Shown: in pieces, positions 41,501 through 50,000 of the stretch
Layout of the letters: each line of letters starts with the position of its first letter
Position numbering within the stretch: the stretch's first letter is position 1
DNA from: a virus
Strand: one strand, 5' to 3'
Virus record (IMG/VR): IMGVR_UViG_3300046820_002568
Coordinates: 64,001-128,000 of that record
DNA: 64,000 nt
The notes under the pieces: model-generated
Seen by the model: only the letters and a program-made list of their open reading frames with translations
Told to the model about the DNA's origin: nothing
Database searches by the model: none
Translations under genes and position numbers: made by a program

Positions 41501-41752
41501 ATCTTGGTCATTTGGTTTTAAAAAATTTATTTTAGCAATACCAACGGTTTCCAATGTTTGTGAATCTTCACCTGAAAGTAACCTGCTTCTTGGTTGTATA
41601 TTACATTCCAAATTAGCATACATTACCAAATTTTCTTGTTCGACATTTCTATCTTCAGGAAATCCATTTTCATTGATAATCTTGTTTGGGTCAATTACAA
41701 TAACATTATCGAATGCTTTATTGTATATTACTCTTTTAGAACTACTTGCCAT
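35513..41752 (-). CDS. Large baseplate hub protein (gp27/gpD/Mu gp44-like)
   Basis: LLGITNI...VNITLEDIKGRALF N-terminus and C-proximal STITMMGNMMIQPMMY...FAGPYLVTEVEHVITNGSFTTKVVGTR; follows the LysM gene in the canonical tube initiator-LysM-hub order. Confidence 0.7.
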   Translation of the reverse strand: MASSSKRVIYNKAFDNVIVIDPNKIINENGFPEDRNVEQENLVMYANLECNIQPRSRLLSGEDSQTLETVGIAKINFLKPNDQDYLTTNWTELQSEYSNPNTVNSELLGITNITYRASQDFTPQVNITLEDIKGRALFESGDESVYSAFFNLPYPTFYLTLKGYYGKAIRMPLILQKFLASLDQTSGNFIINLSFIGYKFNALNDITLGYLMSVPFMYQRQLNQSVQVDPNGPEQASVDQLNGNDVRIESSFGTEGRDTINQVYSKYKELGLVEQSFPNLTINELVSRLQNFEKNYQELLGQVSTKPITDAKEFDNLLTNYAQNIFFSKNPLSWKEEYLDTKKYYVILDKGNRYKVYTYTKNIFDNLKFDDAINKLKTLIDDNNKTLDEAPTFGTKSNGDRQIPVNIKFSSIAATPYYLPNPGTIDILETAKERFATKSPTNSQLNIIATELRSLDETRRQIEELRSKSEPPKNPVEIPFLFRFDGDGFFLDEINKIKKSLTVQSEDIERNITAQINEIIKSDKGIGFEPNIRNILAVIYASTDAFLRMLDKVHKRAFEARNNSKKKQAVITDVKQEPDSPVYPWPEYDKQILVEGEPKYDLRYPGDPDYINETGADDYESWPEVEFVEEFQKAYLERLPKNVNSSNAVSDANSIKRLLISAFDTPSNISYSFLQQTPFLYEMWERVQAICHYQGFSRLSKYGDILNFLEAFEASNIKTAIGTNSPELIDFLKEYKFTPDNFLEFLSQNTPKSYELLSRGIYTTSYLKNDLNNNSKFLSQELPEIVASIITETKPSEVEDTINKYLKSTDKNSLYFTDILPFASEKWNKDQLFQGNNNYTIDKVFRTEKSLFYNKKTKKLVNYTSDFALDGRGDNDKNRPFNYFVSTSSVIPYEEKVKTNMAGFFSERVSEPKKSSYTEGRVTFYTSEVDTKSITTSMLNTPSFIRAIQNGVQNDKNNSPSPYVQAGYLFLNSLPLTNLKWPYRNSDDTTNSYIASTFKKYGAVHNIPKMWAAKIGSIWHRYKVWIENNVDILSDVVGDFDQNSNYDPQNSDPARMYKFTSTTENFTIKLSATEVDTNLLNNDIINVGFYPRILNDFFYFLNGRNLYSNDATIQEGIQLEIDSGNLKLISNRNSQFSTETGYDPNNPNNLLLYSTFSVLFKNINPITDGNNLNYYYSAPSFGSQYSQVKSECISQGVLTTPIVGNQYVFNGSVRFLWGGTHFGYMPTINRFSPPDQYISWTRNNEWAWNLFLNSSNESGQLDYVEDLFGVFTYEELSLFENEFLNFCQSEQRTTSKFNIQSIIKNSIQVSFDDFNDTDPNKLLEKFQKTQQVNFNSNINTYINENILYQKGNPTNFDYRTFSYFSTNPLKGVDDGVLNYTDNTPDSVPYSGNTQSFLQSQLDYPEAWVTLQTYVGFSSLSGVGYYGDSSVITDFFPDMNIAFNSENIIRFANVIKIYATQKYLGNVTNKERFAVIMTQFIDEMNSFRDLVFDGMYTKLQYSLQTVKNTTTNEDNSKTTGETTKFEYYYLFKALNDKWVAANNYNKETMFEDILLLDRGSKNLGGKVIVDIFSIISLLKDNPKMTIHNLTDKIVRDHHFVPYNLPSYLNFYGAPNAGDSRNDENEESFANSMFGTFTEVDYSQSKTKLVCYYAETSSEQLNVVNIKNGFNDDSWNFEQPTNNPVVENLSLKESKNDWSLSNKPVGIVADFGVQNQGIFQTIQVSQDLGKATSESLKADYELGNVMRGTNTLTQSVSLLKIYKTRAYKSTITMMGNMMIQPMMYIIIKHMPLFAGPYLVTEVEHVITNGSFTTKVVGTRQKTYTPPVENKLLETIKSQFVTKLINNLTTKRENQKRLETNTIQARSNVANAISPNYSPTANPICTVGVSYASYSAVTTPVSSQTPVRNMFDSILTKVRELNFGSNTGDSMTYIVHTLFYIKSYKGTSFEYYGNNVPLIPISPGTPKWGGDLSKFFNKEYMCINGPSNETESYATFPTLDNCIEFTHSKYKNVFQDSANNVSAENIFVSGFTRTWIEKFPYDKTSTTTNLYDTFKTTNPSEYNELERKVRESYNLVKARLTG

Positions 41753-42065
41753 AATAATAGAAATGTGTTTGAAGCGCTGTCTTATAATCTAAAAGAGAAG
41801 CAGTTAAAGGAAAGGGTATTTTAAGTGTAGTATTGTTTGGTATATTAACTTCAGAACCACCATATTCAGGATTTGCTTGTAGAATTAACCAACCAAAATA
41901 AGGTGAGCCATAATAAGTTTGCGATACCTTATCTAGTCTTGAAACTCCAATTCTATAAATGTACATTTTATCTGTACTTTTGGGCGGCAATGTTACATAT
42001 GGTATATTAATTTGACTACCATTAACTATTAAATTATTGTATCTATTATAGTATTGAAATGGCAT
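41742..42065 (-). CDS. LysM-like baseplate protein (T4 gp53 / P2 gpX-like)
   Basis: RLDKVSQTYYGSPYFGWLILQANP...LKIP. Confidence 0.8.
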   Translation of the reverse strand: MPFQYYNRYNNLIVNGSQINIPYVTLPPKSTDKMYIYRIGVSRLDKVSQTYYGSPYFGWLILQANPEYGGSEVNIPNNTTLKIPFPLTASLLDYKTALQTHFYYYGK

Positions 42066-45000
42066 TAATTATCGAATTGTTTTTTACCGTTGAAAATGTT
42101 TATGTTGTTATCAGTATTTACAGTCTTATATATGTTTTCTAAAGCTAATCTTCTATAATAATTTACAGCATTGAATGGGGCGTCGGTTGTAAATGTAAAA
42201 TCTCTTTGTCTTGTAGTTACGCTTACCCCTTCCACGGTTGGATTATATTTAATATAAGATTGATATTCAGTAGTTGTAGTGAAATCGGTTAGAAATTCTT
42301 GTTCCGCATTTTTTTCAACAGTAAATTCAAATAACCAATTATTTTCTACAAAATCTTTTATTAAATTTCTAGCAATATTTTTATACTCTGATTGTGTATC
42401 TTTAACTAAATAATCAAAAAAATCTTTTCTTTTTGAATTGTTAATAATTACATTAGATAGTATCGTATAAACATAATTATCGTTACTATTAGTAAATGGA
42501 ATTATTGGGGAATATGAAGTAGTATTGCCTGAAGTTAATGAATCGGGTAAGAATATTTTATTCAATCCGTAATTATAAAAATTTACAGAATCAGTCATTA
42601 TCTGAAAATAATCATTTCTAAATTGAGTTATAGTATCTGAGCCACTTTCAGGGGTTCCTCCTAACACATATAATTTTGATGCTCCGTTTGCTAAAATTTT
42701 ACCGTCCGCCGAATCGGCAACTAAATCCATTTTAGCCATATATTTTGTAAAATTAAGTTGGGAATCTGTAATTTGTTGAATATAAATGGCAATTTGCGTA
42801 AAGTTATTTATAAGTGTATCATTTATAAACGATTTATAATTTTCTCTTATTTTATTTTTAGTTTGTGTATCAATATTTAGCGCAGAATTCACTTTTTGTA
42901 TTAATGTGTCGGTTCCGTTGTCGGCATTAGTTTTAATAAAATTACCAATAACATTTAAACTTGTTTCCCAATTACCCTGTTTACCTAAAATATTTAATGT
43001 ACTTCCTTGGAAATTGAAAATATTATCATAATACCCATTAGTATAGTACCTGTCGTGGTTTATTTGAGCCCAAACTCCTAAGTTATACTCATTAGTCAAT
43101 GTTTGATATGTATTACCAATTGTGGTAAAATAATTTTTTGTTACATCAACAAATCCATTAAAGAACTCATTGTACCTTGTAGTACCTGTTTCTATTCCAG
43201 CATCATTTCTTTGTGATGAAATTATGTTTCCAACTAGTGTACCTCCTTCATTTTGTTTGGTGTCATTCACATTATTTACAGTTACTAATGGTTCTTCATT
43301 TCTTAGACTTTCAATTAAAGCATTATCCACAGCTTCAGTAGATTCTGTTTCATCAGCCCTTTCATCATACATCTCAGTATTAGCATAATAATTAAATGAC
43401 AATGCGTTCTGGAGTTTTTCAACGGGTCTAGCAAGTCCATGTCCACCAATCATACTAAAACCTAATGTAACTTTTGCAATCATAGGCTGGAATCCTATCC
43501 CCTCGGGATTAAAGTCCCACATATTCTCATATGCGATTTGTAAACTATTCGGAATTATTTTTGTATTGTAGAAATCTCCAAATCTTAAAACCAAAACTGG
43601 TGGGGTTCCAAAATTTGTATTAAATGAATCAGTAATTTTTGCCTCTGTATTTTCTTCTGATTTTGTGGGTATTGTTCTTCCTGGTCTTACACATTGATTC
43701 AAAAATACAAGTCTACTATTTAAACCTTCAGGTGTTATAGCATGAAATGCCGGATTAAAAAATTTAAACTTATTTTTAATCGAGTCCAATATTATTTTAT
43801 CGGTCTGCTGTATAACTTCAAAATAATTACATTCAGTTAAAAGCTCTCTTATAATTTTTTTACTTACATTCTTTAATTTTGTTTGTAAACTTTGGTTTTG
43901 TTCAGGTTTTAGTCCAACTTTTGCATCAGGATTTGGTATATTATCATCATTTGTTGTTTCAGGCCCTGAAGACTGTGTTGGTTTATTTGGGCTAACAGTT
44001 ATATTAGATATCCTAACAGCTCTACAAGCCGCTGAATTAAATGAAGTTTGTGGAAACGAACCGTTTGGTTGATTACAATTTATATCATTACCAGTGCCCT
44101 CACTAGTTGTTAATCCTGAAACAGTATTTTCAGAACCAAGATTTTGTCTTTTAAATACTATTTTACCATCGTCAACATAACTTTTAATTGTTTTATTATT
44201 AGATAACACTGATTCTGTAAAAAATAATACTGCAGAGTCAAACCATGCCAATGAAATAATTGCGTTGTCCGCTCTTCCAGGTATCTTTGAGCCGTTTAAA
44301 GTTATTTCGATAATACCTTGTTCGTTTTCTAATATATTTTTTATCTCTTCCCTTAATTGTGTCATTTTATCATAATTTCCAGGTAAAACATTGTTAACAA
44401 ATAAACTCATCTTAATACTATCTAATCCTCCAATATATGAATTTCTATTGTCATAATAACTTTCGTATATTGAAGTGTAGTTAGTTGTTGATTCAGTTCC
44501 TGAAAAAACATACGGAAAATAGAACCCGTAATTTACAAAATCACCTAAAAGATTAGTTGGGGACTCCGTAGTCCCTTGTCCTCCTGTATCACCCGCCTCA
44601 TTTAATGCCTCTTTCTTCTCTTCATCTGTGGTTTGATTGCTTTGTAATATTTCTTGATATAATTGTTCTATTGTAGTCTTACTTAAAGTATTATATCTTT
44701 GAGCCAGTTCATATATGTCATATTTTTGACATCCGGCAAAGAAAGAAGCCGCAACTTGTGTTGCGGTGTCATCGTCCGTATTTTCTAAAACTTTTTTAAC
44801 AATAAGATTAGAAACAGATGGGTGGTCAACAATAATACTCCAAGAAATACTTGAACTTCTCTCAGTATTTTCATAAGTGTATATAGGTTCAGGTCTACCT
44901 AAAAAGTTTGTCGAATTAAACTTTGGGTTACTTTGTTCTGAACCCAAAGTTATGTCATATGGTGGAAACCACATTATTCTACCTCCATTAGGTCCTTTTT

Positions 45001-46993
45001 CACAATCAGGTAAAGATTCAAATTCTGCAGTTCCTCTCCAAGCTAAATTTTCAATAGAAAACATATATTTTTTTACCTTTCCATCTTTAATATTTGTAGA
45101 TGCTTGTCCGGCGAGTGGGGCAATATTTAAGTTATATGTTGAGTCAACAATTGAATTGGTAAACCTTCTTATATTACCATTGGTCTCGAGTCCACTTGTA
45201 TTAGCAATTGTAGATTGTAGATTACTATATGTTAAATAAGGGATATCTTTTGTAAAAACTCTACCATATTCAACTCCAACCTGTGTTCCATTTTGATTCA
45301 CAAATTTCATAACCCTTGAACCTTTGGTCATTTCTTTATATCCATCATTAAACACTTTAGATAATTGGTTCATAGCATTACCAACATGGACCAATCTTTT
45401 TGCTCCTGATGCTGGTGCTGAATCTATAATTCTTTGTGTCTCGTCTAATATTGAACCGGCCCTAAAACCTGTTTCAGGAGAATCAGCACTTGGTTTTAAT
45501 TTTGTTGACTGAGAACTTGTAAAATTTTGACCAACTCCTTGTAAGTAACTTTGGGATTGTGAGCCGATTCCTCCTCCAGGAGTTGGGTAATATCCTGCAC
45601 TTTGGTTATTTTTTATACTAACCCAAGAAAATCCTCCGGTCGGGTCTTTTAATGCAATGTCAGAGAAAACTCCACCTGGTCCATTAATCGTAGTTTTAAG
45701 ACCAAAATTATAAACTTGGTCTATCTGTTCCCCTTCATATATTTTTCCAACCTCATCAGGACCAAAAACTATTGTACTTGTAACATTTCCGTAAGCGTCT
45801 ATCGGAACTAAATCTGAGGGTGAAGTTGTTTTAGATACATCATTGGTTGAGTCTCCAACATAAAAATTTGTTAATGTATTATTTTTATCAAATACATTAT
45901 CAATTGCTAACCCTATTTGAGTTGTATTTTGTTCATACTCAGGTTTAAATCTATTATATCCTAAGCTATTAAATAAAACATTCTTTTGTCCGCTACCTGT
46001 ATTATTTAAAAATTTAATAGACGGATTACTTAGTGGTGTTGCCGGTTTATTTATAGGGTTAGATGTAGTATCAATTAATTGTCCTGCAGTTCCTTTTTGT
46101 CTTTGTGGTTCTGAAAAGTAATCCCCTTCAATTGGTGATGTTGGTATGTAAGTACCTGAAAACCTTTGTATCAAGAATGATGCTTGGTCAAATACGCCAT
46201 CAGGTACTGTAATTGAATAATTTTTATATATTAGAGGTTCTTGTCCTGACGCTAGGAGTGATGCTTGGAATGGGTCCGAGAAAGCGGCTAAGTTAACTCT
46301 ACCTACAGTATTTCTATAAATTTCTCTACTTATCCTTTCTTGTAATGCGTCCTGTAAAAAAACTGTTGAGATTTGTTGTAAATAAGATTCGGATGAAATT
46401 ACCCCTGTTCCAATACTGATAGCAAATATATTGTCAAAATATGGAAGCGTACCAAGAGCGTCATCCAACTTAAAATCAAAATTTGGATACTCATTTCCAC
46501 CTGTTTGTTTTTTTGGCAGAATTTTTTCTGTACTAATGTAACTATAAATGTACCCATCTTGTGGTATATATCTGTTAACAACCGCTGCCGAATCAATATA
46601 AAATTCACTTAAAAGTTCTAATTCAGCAACTGATTGGCTATAACCAACTTGTTGTTCTGAAGTTAAAACTTGTACATTACCTGTACCAGCTTGTTGGTAA
46701 GACACTGCTCCAGTTCCGGCAATTAAATCTGAACCATCTATTTTTGTTGTTTCTCCGTATACATTTACTATTGTTGCGGCTTTGGCATTTTCAAATAAAT
46801 CCAAAGATATGTTTGGAGTGTCAACAGGAACTTTTTCACCAAATACTATAGGGTAATTTTGATTTTTAACATCGTAAGAATAAGAGCCTTCGGTTTTGTA
46901 AGGTTTTAGATTTTTTGATATTAAAGCATTTCTAAAAGCCTCAGAACCTGCAAATGTTAGTAAATTATTTTTAATTGGAGATGTATCCGCCAT
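42065..46993 (-). CDS. Large baseplate/tail tube initiator protein
   Basis: MWFPPYD...FLGRPEPIYTYENTERS and PPVLVLRFGDFYNTKII...PMIAKVTLGF tube-initiator-like segments; between the tape measure and LysM genes. Confidence 0.62.
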   Translation of the reverse strand: MADTSPIKNNLLTFAGSEAFRNALISKNLKPYKTEGSYSYDVKNQNYPIVFGEKVPVDTPNISLDLFENAKAATIVNVYGETTKIDGSDLIAGTGAVSYQQAGTGNVQVLTSEQQVGYSQSVAELELLSEFYIDSAAVVNRYIPQDGYIYSYISTEKILPKKQTGGNEYPNFDFKLDDALGTLPYFDNIFAISIGTGVISSESYLQQISTVFLQDALQERISREIYRNTVGRVNLAAFSDPFQASLLASGQEPLIYKNYSITVPDGVFDQASFLIQRFSGTYIPTSPIEGDYFSEPQRQKGTAGQLIDTTSNPINKPATPLSNPSIKFLNNTGSGQKNVLFNSLGYNRFKPEYEQNTTQIGLAIDNVFDKNNTLTNFYVGDSTNDVSKTTSPSDLVPIDAYGNVTSTIVFGPDEVGKIYEGEQIDQVYNFGLKTTINGPGGVFSDIALKDPTGGFSWVSIKNNQSAGYYPTPGGGIGSQSQSYLQGVGQNFTSSQSTKLKPSADSPETGFRAGSILDETQRIIDSAPASGAKRLVHVGNAMNQLSKVFNDGYKEMTKGSRVMKFVNQNGTQVGVEYGRVFTKDIPYLTYSNLQSTIANTSGLETNGNIRRFTNSIVDSTYNLNIAPLAGQASTNIKDGKVKKYMFSIENLAWRGTAEFESLPDCEKGPNGGRIMWFPPYDITLGSEQSNPKFNSTNFLGRPEPIYTYENTERSSSISWSIIVDHPSVSNLIVKKVLENTDDDTATQVAASFFAGCQKYDIYELAQRYNTLSKTTIEQLYQEILQSNQTTDEEKKEALNEAGDTGGQGTTESPTNLLGDFVNYGFYFPYVFSGTESTTNYTSIYESYYDNRNSYIGGLDSIKMSLFVNNVLPGNYDKMTQLREEIKNILENEQGIIEITLNGSKIPGRADNAIISLAWFDSAVLFFTESVLSNNKTIKSYVDDGKIVFKRQNLGSENTVSGLTTSEGTGNDINCNQPNGSFPQTSFNSAACRAVRISNITVSPNKPTQSSGPETTNDDNIPNPDAKVGLKPEQNQSLQTKLKNVSKKIIRELLTECNYFEVIQQTDKIILDSIKNKFKFFNPAFHAITPEGLNSRLVFLNQCVRPGRTIPTKSEENTEAKITDSFNTNFGTPPVLVLRFGDFYNTKIIPNSLQIAYENMWDFNPEGIGFQPMIAKVTLGFSMIGGHGLARPVEKLQNALSFNYYANTEMYDERADETESTEAVDNALIESLRNEEPLVTVNNVNDTKQNEGGTLVGNIISSQRNDAGIETGTTRYNEFFNGFVDVTKNYFTTIGNTYQTLTNEYNLGVWAQINHDRYYTNGYYDNIFNFQGSTLNILGKQGNWETSLNVIGNFIKTNADNGTDTLIQKVNSALNIDTQTKNKIRENYKSFINDTLINNFTQIAIYIQQITDSQLNFTKYMAKMDLVADSADGKILANGASKLYVLGGTPESGSDTITQFRNDYFQIMTDSVNFYNYGLNKIFLPDSLTSGNTTSYSPIIPFTNSNDNYVYTILSNVIINNSKRKDFFDYLVKDTQSEYKNIARNLIKDFVENNWLFEFTVEKNAEQEFLTDFTTTTEYQSYIKYNPTVEGVSVTTRQRDFTFTTDAPFNAVNYYRRLALENIYKTVNTDNNINIFNGKKQFDN

Positions 46994-47040
46994 TTATAAA
47001 ACTTATATCAATAAATAGATATAATGTTATTTTTTAGAGG

Positions 47041-50000
47041 TTATTGGTCTAAAGATGATGAATATGAAGAAATCCCCATACTGGCGTCTTGGGATGACGC
47101 ATTAACTTTTTGAGCAACATTTGTCTTTTGGGACATAGAAGTAACAAATATACTTTCAACTGTAGATTGTAATTTTCTTGGGTCTAATAAATTAGCGAAT
47201 GCAGGATTACCTGTTATTTCAATTTTAGCATTGACATTGATGGTTTGGGTCGACCCTTCTACTCCTGTTTGTGCAGTTTGTCCTCCAAAAACTTGTTCAT
47301 TAATTCCTTGTGGTGTAGGTATTTCAGGGATGCCAATTTCAGGAGCTTCAGGAGCTTCTATTTCTTCAGGACCTAAGTATTCTTGTTTAAGATTGGAAAT
47401 GTCAAATTTACCCATCTCATCTATCGGAGTATATTCATACTCTGTTTCCTCGGGCATTTCGTACTGTTGGATTTCTTCTTGTACCTCAGGTTTTCCAAAT
47501 AATCCTTTTCCAAATTCACCTATTCTTCCTCCAATTTCCGCAATTTTTTCAATACCTCTAGATGGAGTTTCAATTTGTTCTTTTTGTCTTAATTCTTCCA
47601 AATAGGACAATTGCTTTTCTCGTGCTTCTCTTAGAGCAGTTTGTATTTCAGTTTCTTTAGGTTCTTCAGGAGTAATTGTTACAGGTTCTACAATACCACC
47701 TTCCTCTTCTTCCATCGAGGTTAAACTAACTCCTAATGGACCTGATTCTTCAATTTCTTTGGGTTCTATTTTATCTAAATTTACGGGGAGCCCACTTTTA
47801 CTTGTCAAAAATTTATCAGCCTCAGAGTCGTTTTCCGCTAACATTTTCAAGTACCCTGATTCTTCCTTAGGTTCAGGTACTATCGGTTCAATTTTAGGGG
47901 TTTCTTGTATTTTACCTCCTGACTGAACCTCCCTTATCATTTTTCTTTGATTTTCTTTGTCAGTCTTTTCCTGTTGTTCAAGTTCTATTTTAAGATTGTC
48001 TTCAGGGGTAATTGTCTTTGTTTCTACAGGTTCTTCAATTGTTATTTTTCCTTCAGATTCTGCAGGTTTTTCTTTGATTAAGTTCTTTAATCTTTCTTTT
48101 AATGGTATTTTTTCCTCTTTATTTTCCGCCGCAATTTTTTCAATTCCAACTGCCGGTGTCTCAGGAACGGATGGGGTTATTGGGGTAGTTTCTTTAGAAA
48201 CTGTTATACCTTCGCTTGTTCCAGCCTTCCTTTCTGCAGTTTCTCTATCAATACTTCTTGCAAGTTCATTACCTTGAGTATCTCTTACTATAAATTCTTC
48301 TTGGGTTTCGGGTATTGCCGCTGTAACAGTAGGTTCTTTAACTTTTTCTTTTTTAAGTTTTTCAGTAAGATTACCAATACCTTCTTTTAACCTTTTCCCA
48401 AGAGGTTGTTTTTCTTCTTTTTCAGGTATAGGAATTTGACTTAAAGTTGGTTTAATCGGAGCCAACTCCATTTCTTTTTCTACACCCTTAGTTTCAATTT
48501 TTTTATTAAATGACTCAACTTCACCTATATCTAAATCGTAAGACATTTCTTCGTATGTATCACGCCTTTTCCTCATACTTTCCAAAGTATCAAGGTCATC
48601 TTTGCCCATATCCTCTTCCCTTTCTACTCCCCCAATACCTATTTTTTCCTTTTTGAAATTTTTAATTTCATTATTAATTTCATTATATTTCTTGTCATAA
48701 GATTCTATTTCAAGTTCTTTTTCTATTTCTGCTAATTCTTCTTTTGTTAGGGTGGTTATACTTCTTGTTGATTCAATTTTTTTGGGTATTCCTTTCTCAG
48801 GTCCTATAAACTCACTATCCTTTTTAGCTTGAGCCGTCATCTCAGGAGTTAAGAAAAAGGATTCTTCTCCTCGTCCTACCACTTCAGCGTTATTTATTTC
48901 TTCTAATAATTTCTTATAATTTTCAGATACCGATGGCTCAGGTTTCGGTCCCTCAATTAAGCTTGATGCTTTTTGTGAGATTTTTTCAAATAGTCCTGTT
49001 GGTTGTTTTGTTTCAATAGGAGGTAATCCTTCCTCAATTGACGGTAATTCTTCTTCAGTGATTGGTTGTGGTTCAGCGATATTAATTGAGGGTGTAGTTG
49101 TTGGTTTTTCTGTAATCGCCGCAGTTGGTTGTATTGCCCCCTCTTTAACCGATTCAACTTGTTTTTCTAATTCTGAAATAATTAAATTTGTTTTTTCAGC
49201 GTTTTCAGGAGTTGCAGAAATTTTGCCCACAAGTTCATCTAATGCAGTACCTATATTTAAATTTTTAACATTTAAAGTATCAACTTCAGAAGTATCAATT
49301 TTAGAAAGTTCCGCAGTTGTTTCAGGAATTGGTTGTATTTCTGTACCAATTGTCTCATTAATAACAGGTAATGGAGTTGTGGTTGGTAAATATGTTTCTG
49401 TACCTAATGATGCCGTTGGTGGTCCTACAATGCCTTCATCAATTAATTTTTGTATTTCAGGATTTATTGCCTGTATAGTAGTTGGTGTAGTTACAGGTGT
49501 GGTTGTAATTTCTTCCGTCTTTTCAGGCGCAACTAAATTAATTGGTTTGTCTGTAGTAACACTTAAAGACTCAGTTGTTATTGATTTTGTATTAACACCA
49601 TCAGTTAACGACTTATCTAAATTATCAAGAGTTCCATTTAACGTTTCAGAATGTAAAGAATGTTCTTCTTCTATTTTTTTAATTTCTTCAAGTATTTCTT
49701 TTTGACCTTTTGTCTCGTCTATATTAATACCTTTAGTATCTTGAAAATTAAAACTGTCTTGGCGTTCTTGTTCTATTTTACCAATCTCATCTAATATTTC
49801 AGCCTTTTCTTTGTCCTTAGGCAATCCGAGCTTATCTTTTAAAATACCAATTATTTCTGCGTCTTTGCCCTCAAGGGACTCTAACTTTTCTTGGACACCT
49901 GACATTATGTTATTGTATTGGTCTTCACCTAAAACATTTTTGGTTGCCGTTCCAGTTGCCTCTACAGTTGCCCCAAGTAAACTTGTAACCAGTTCTTCAC

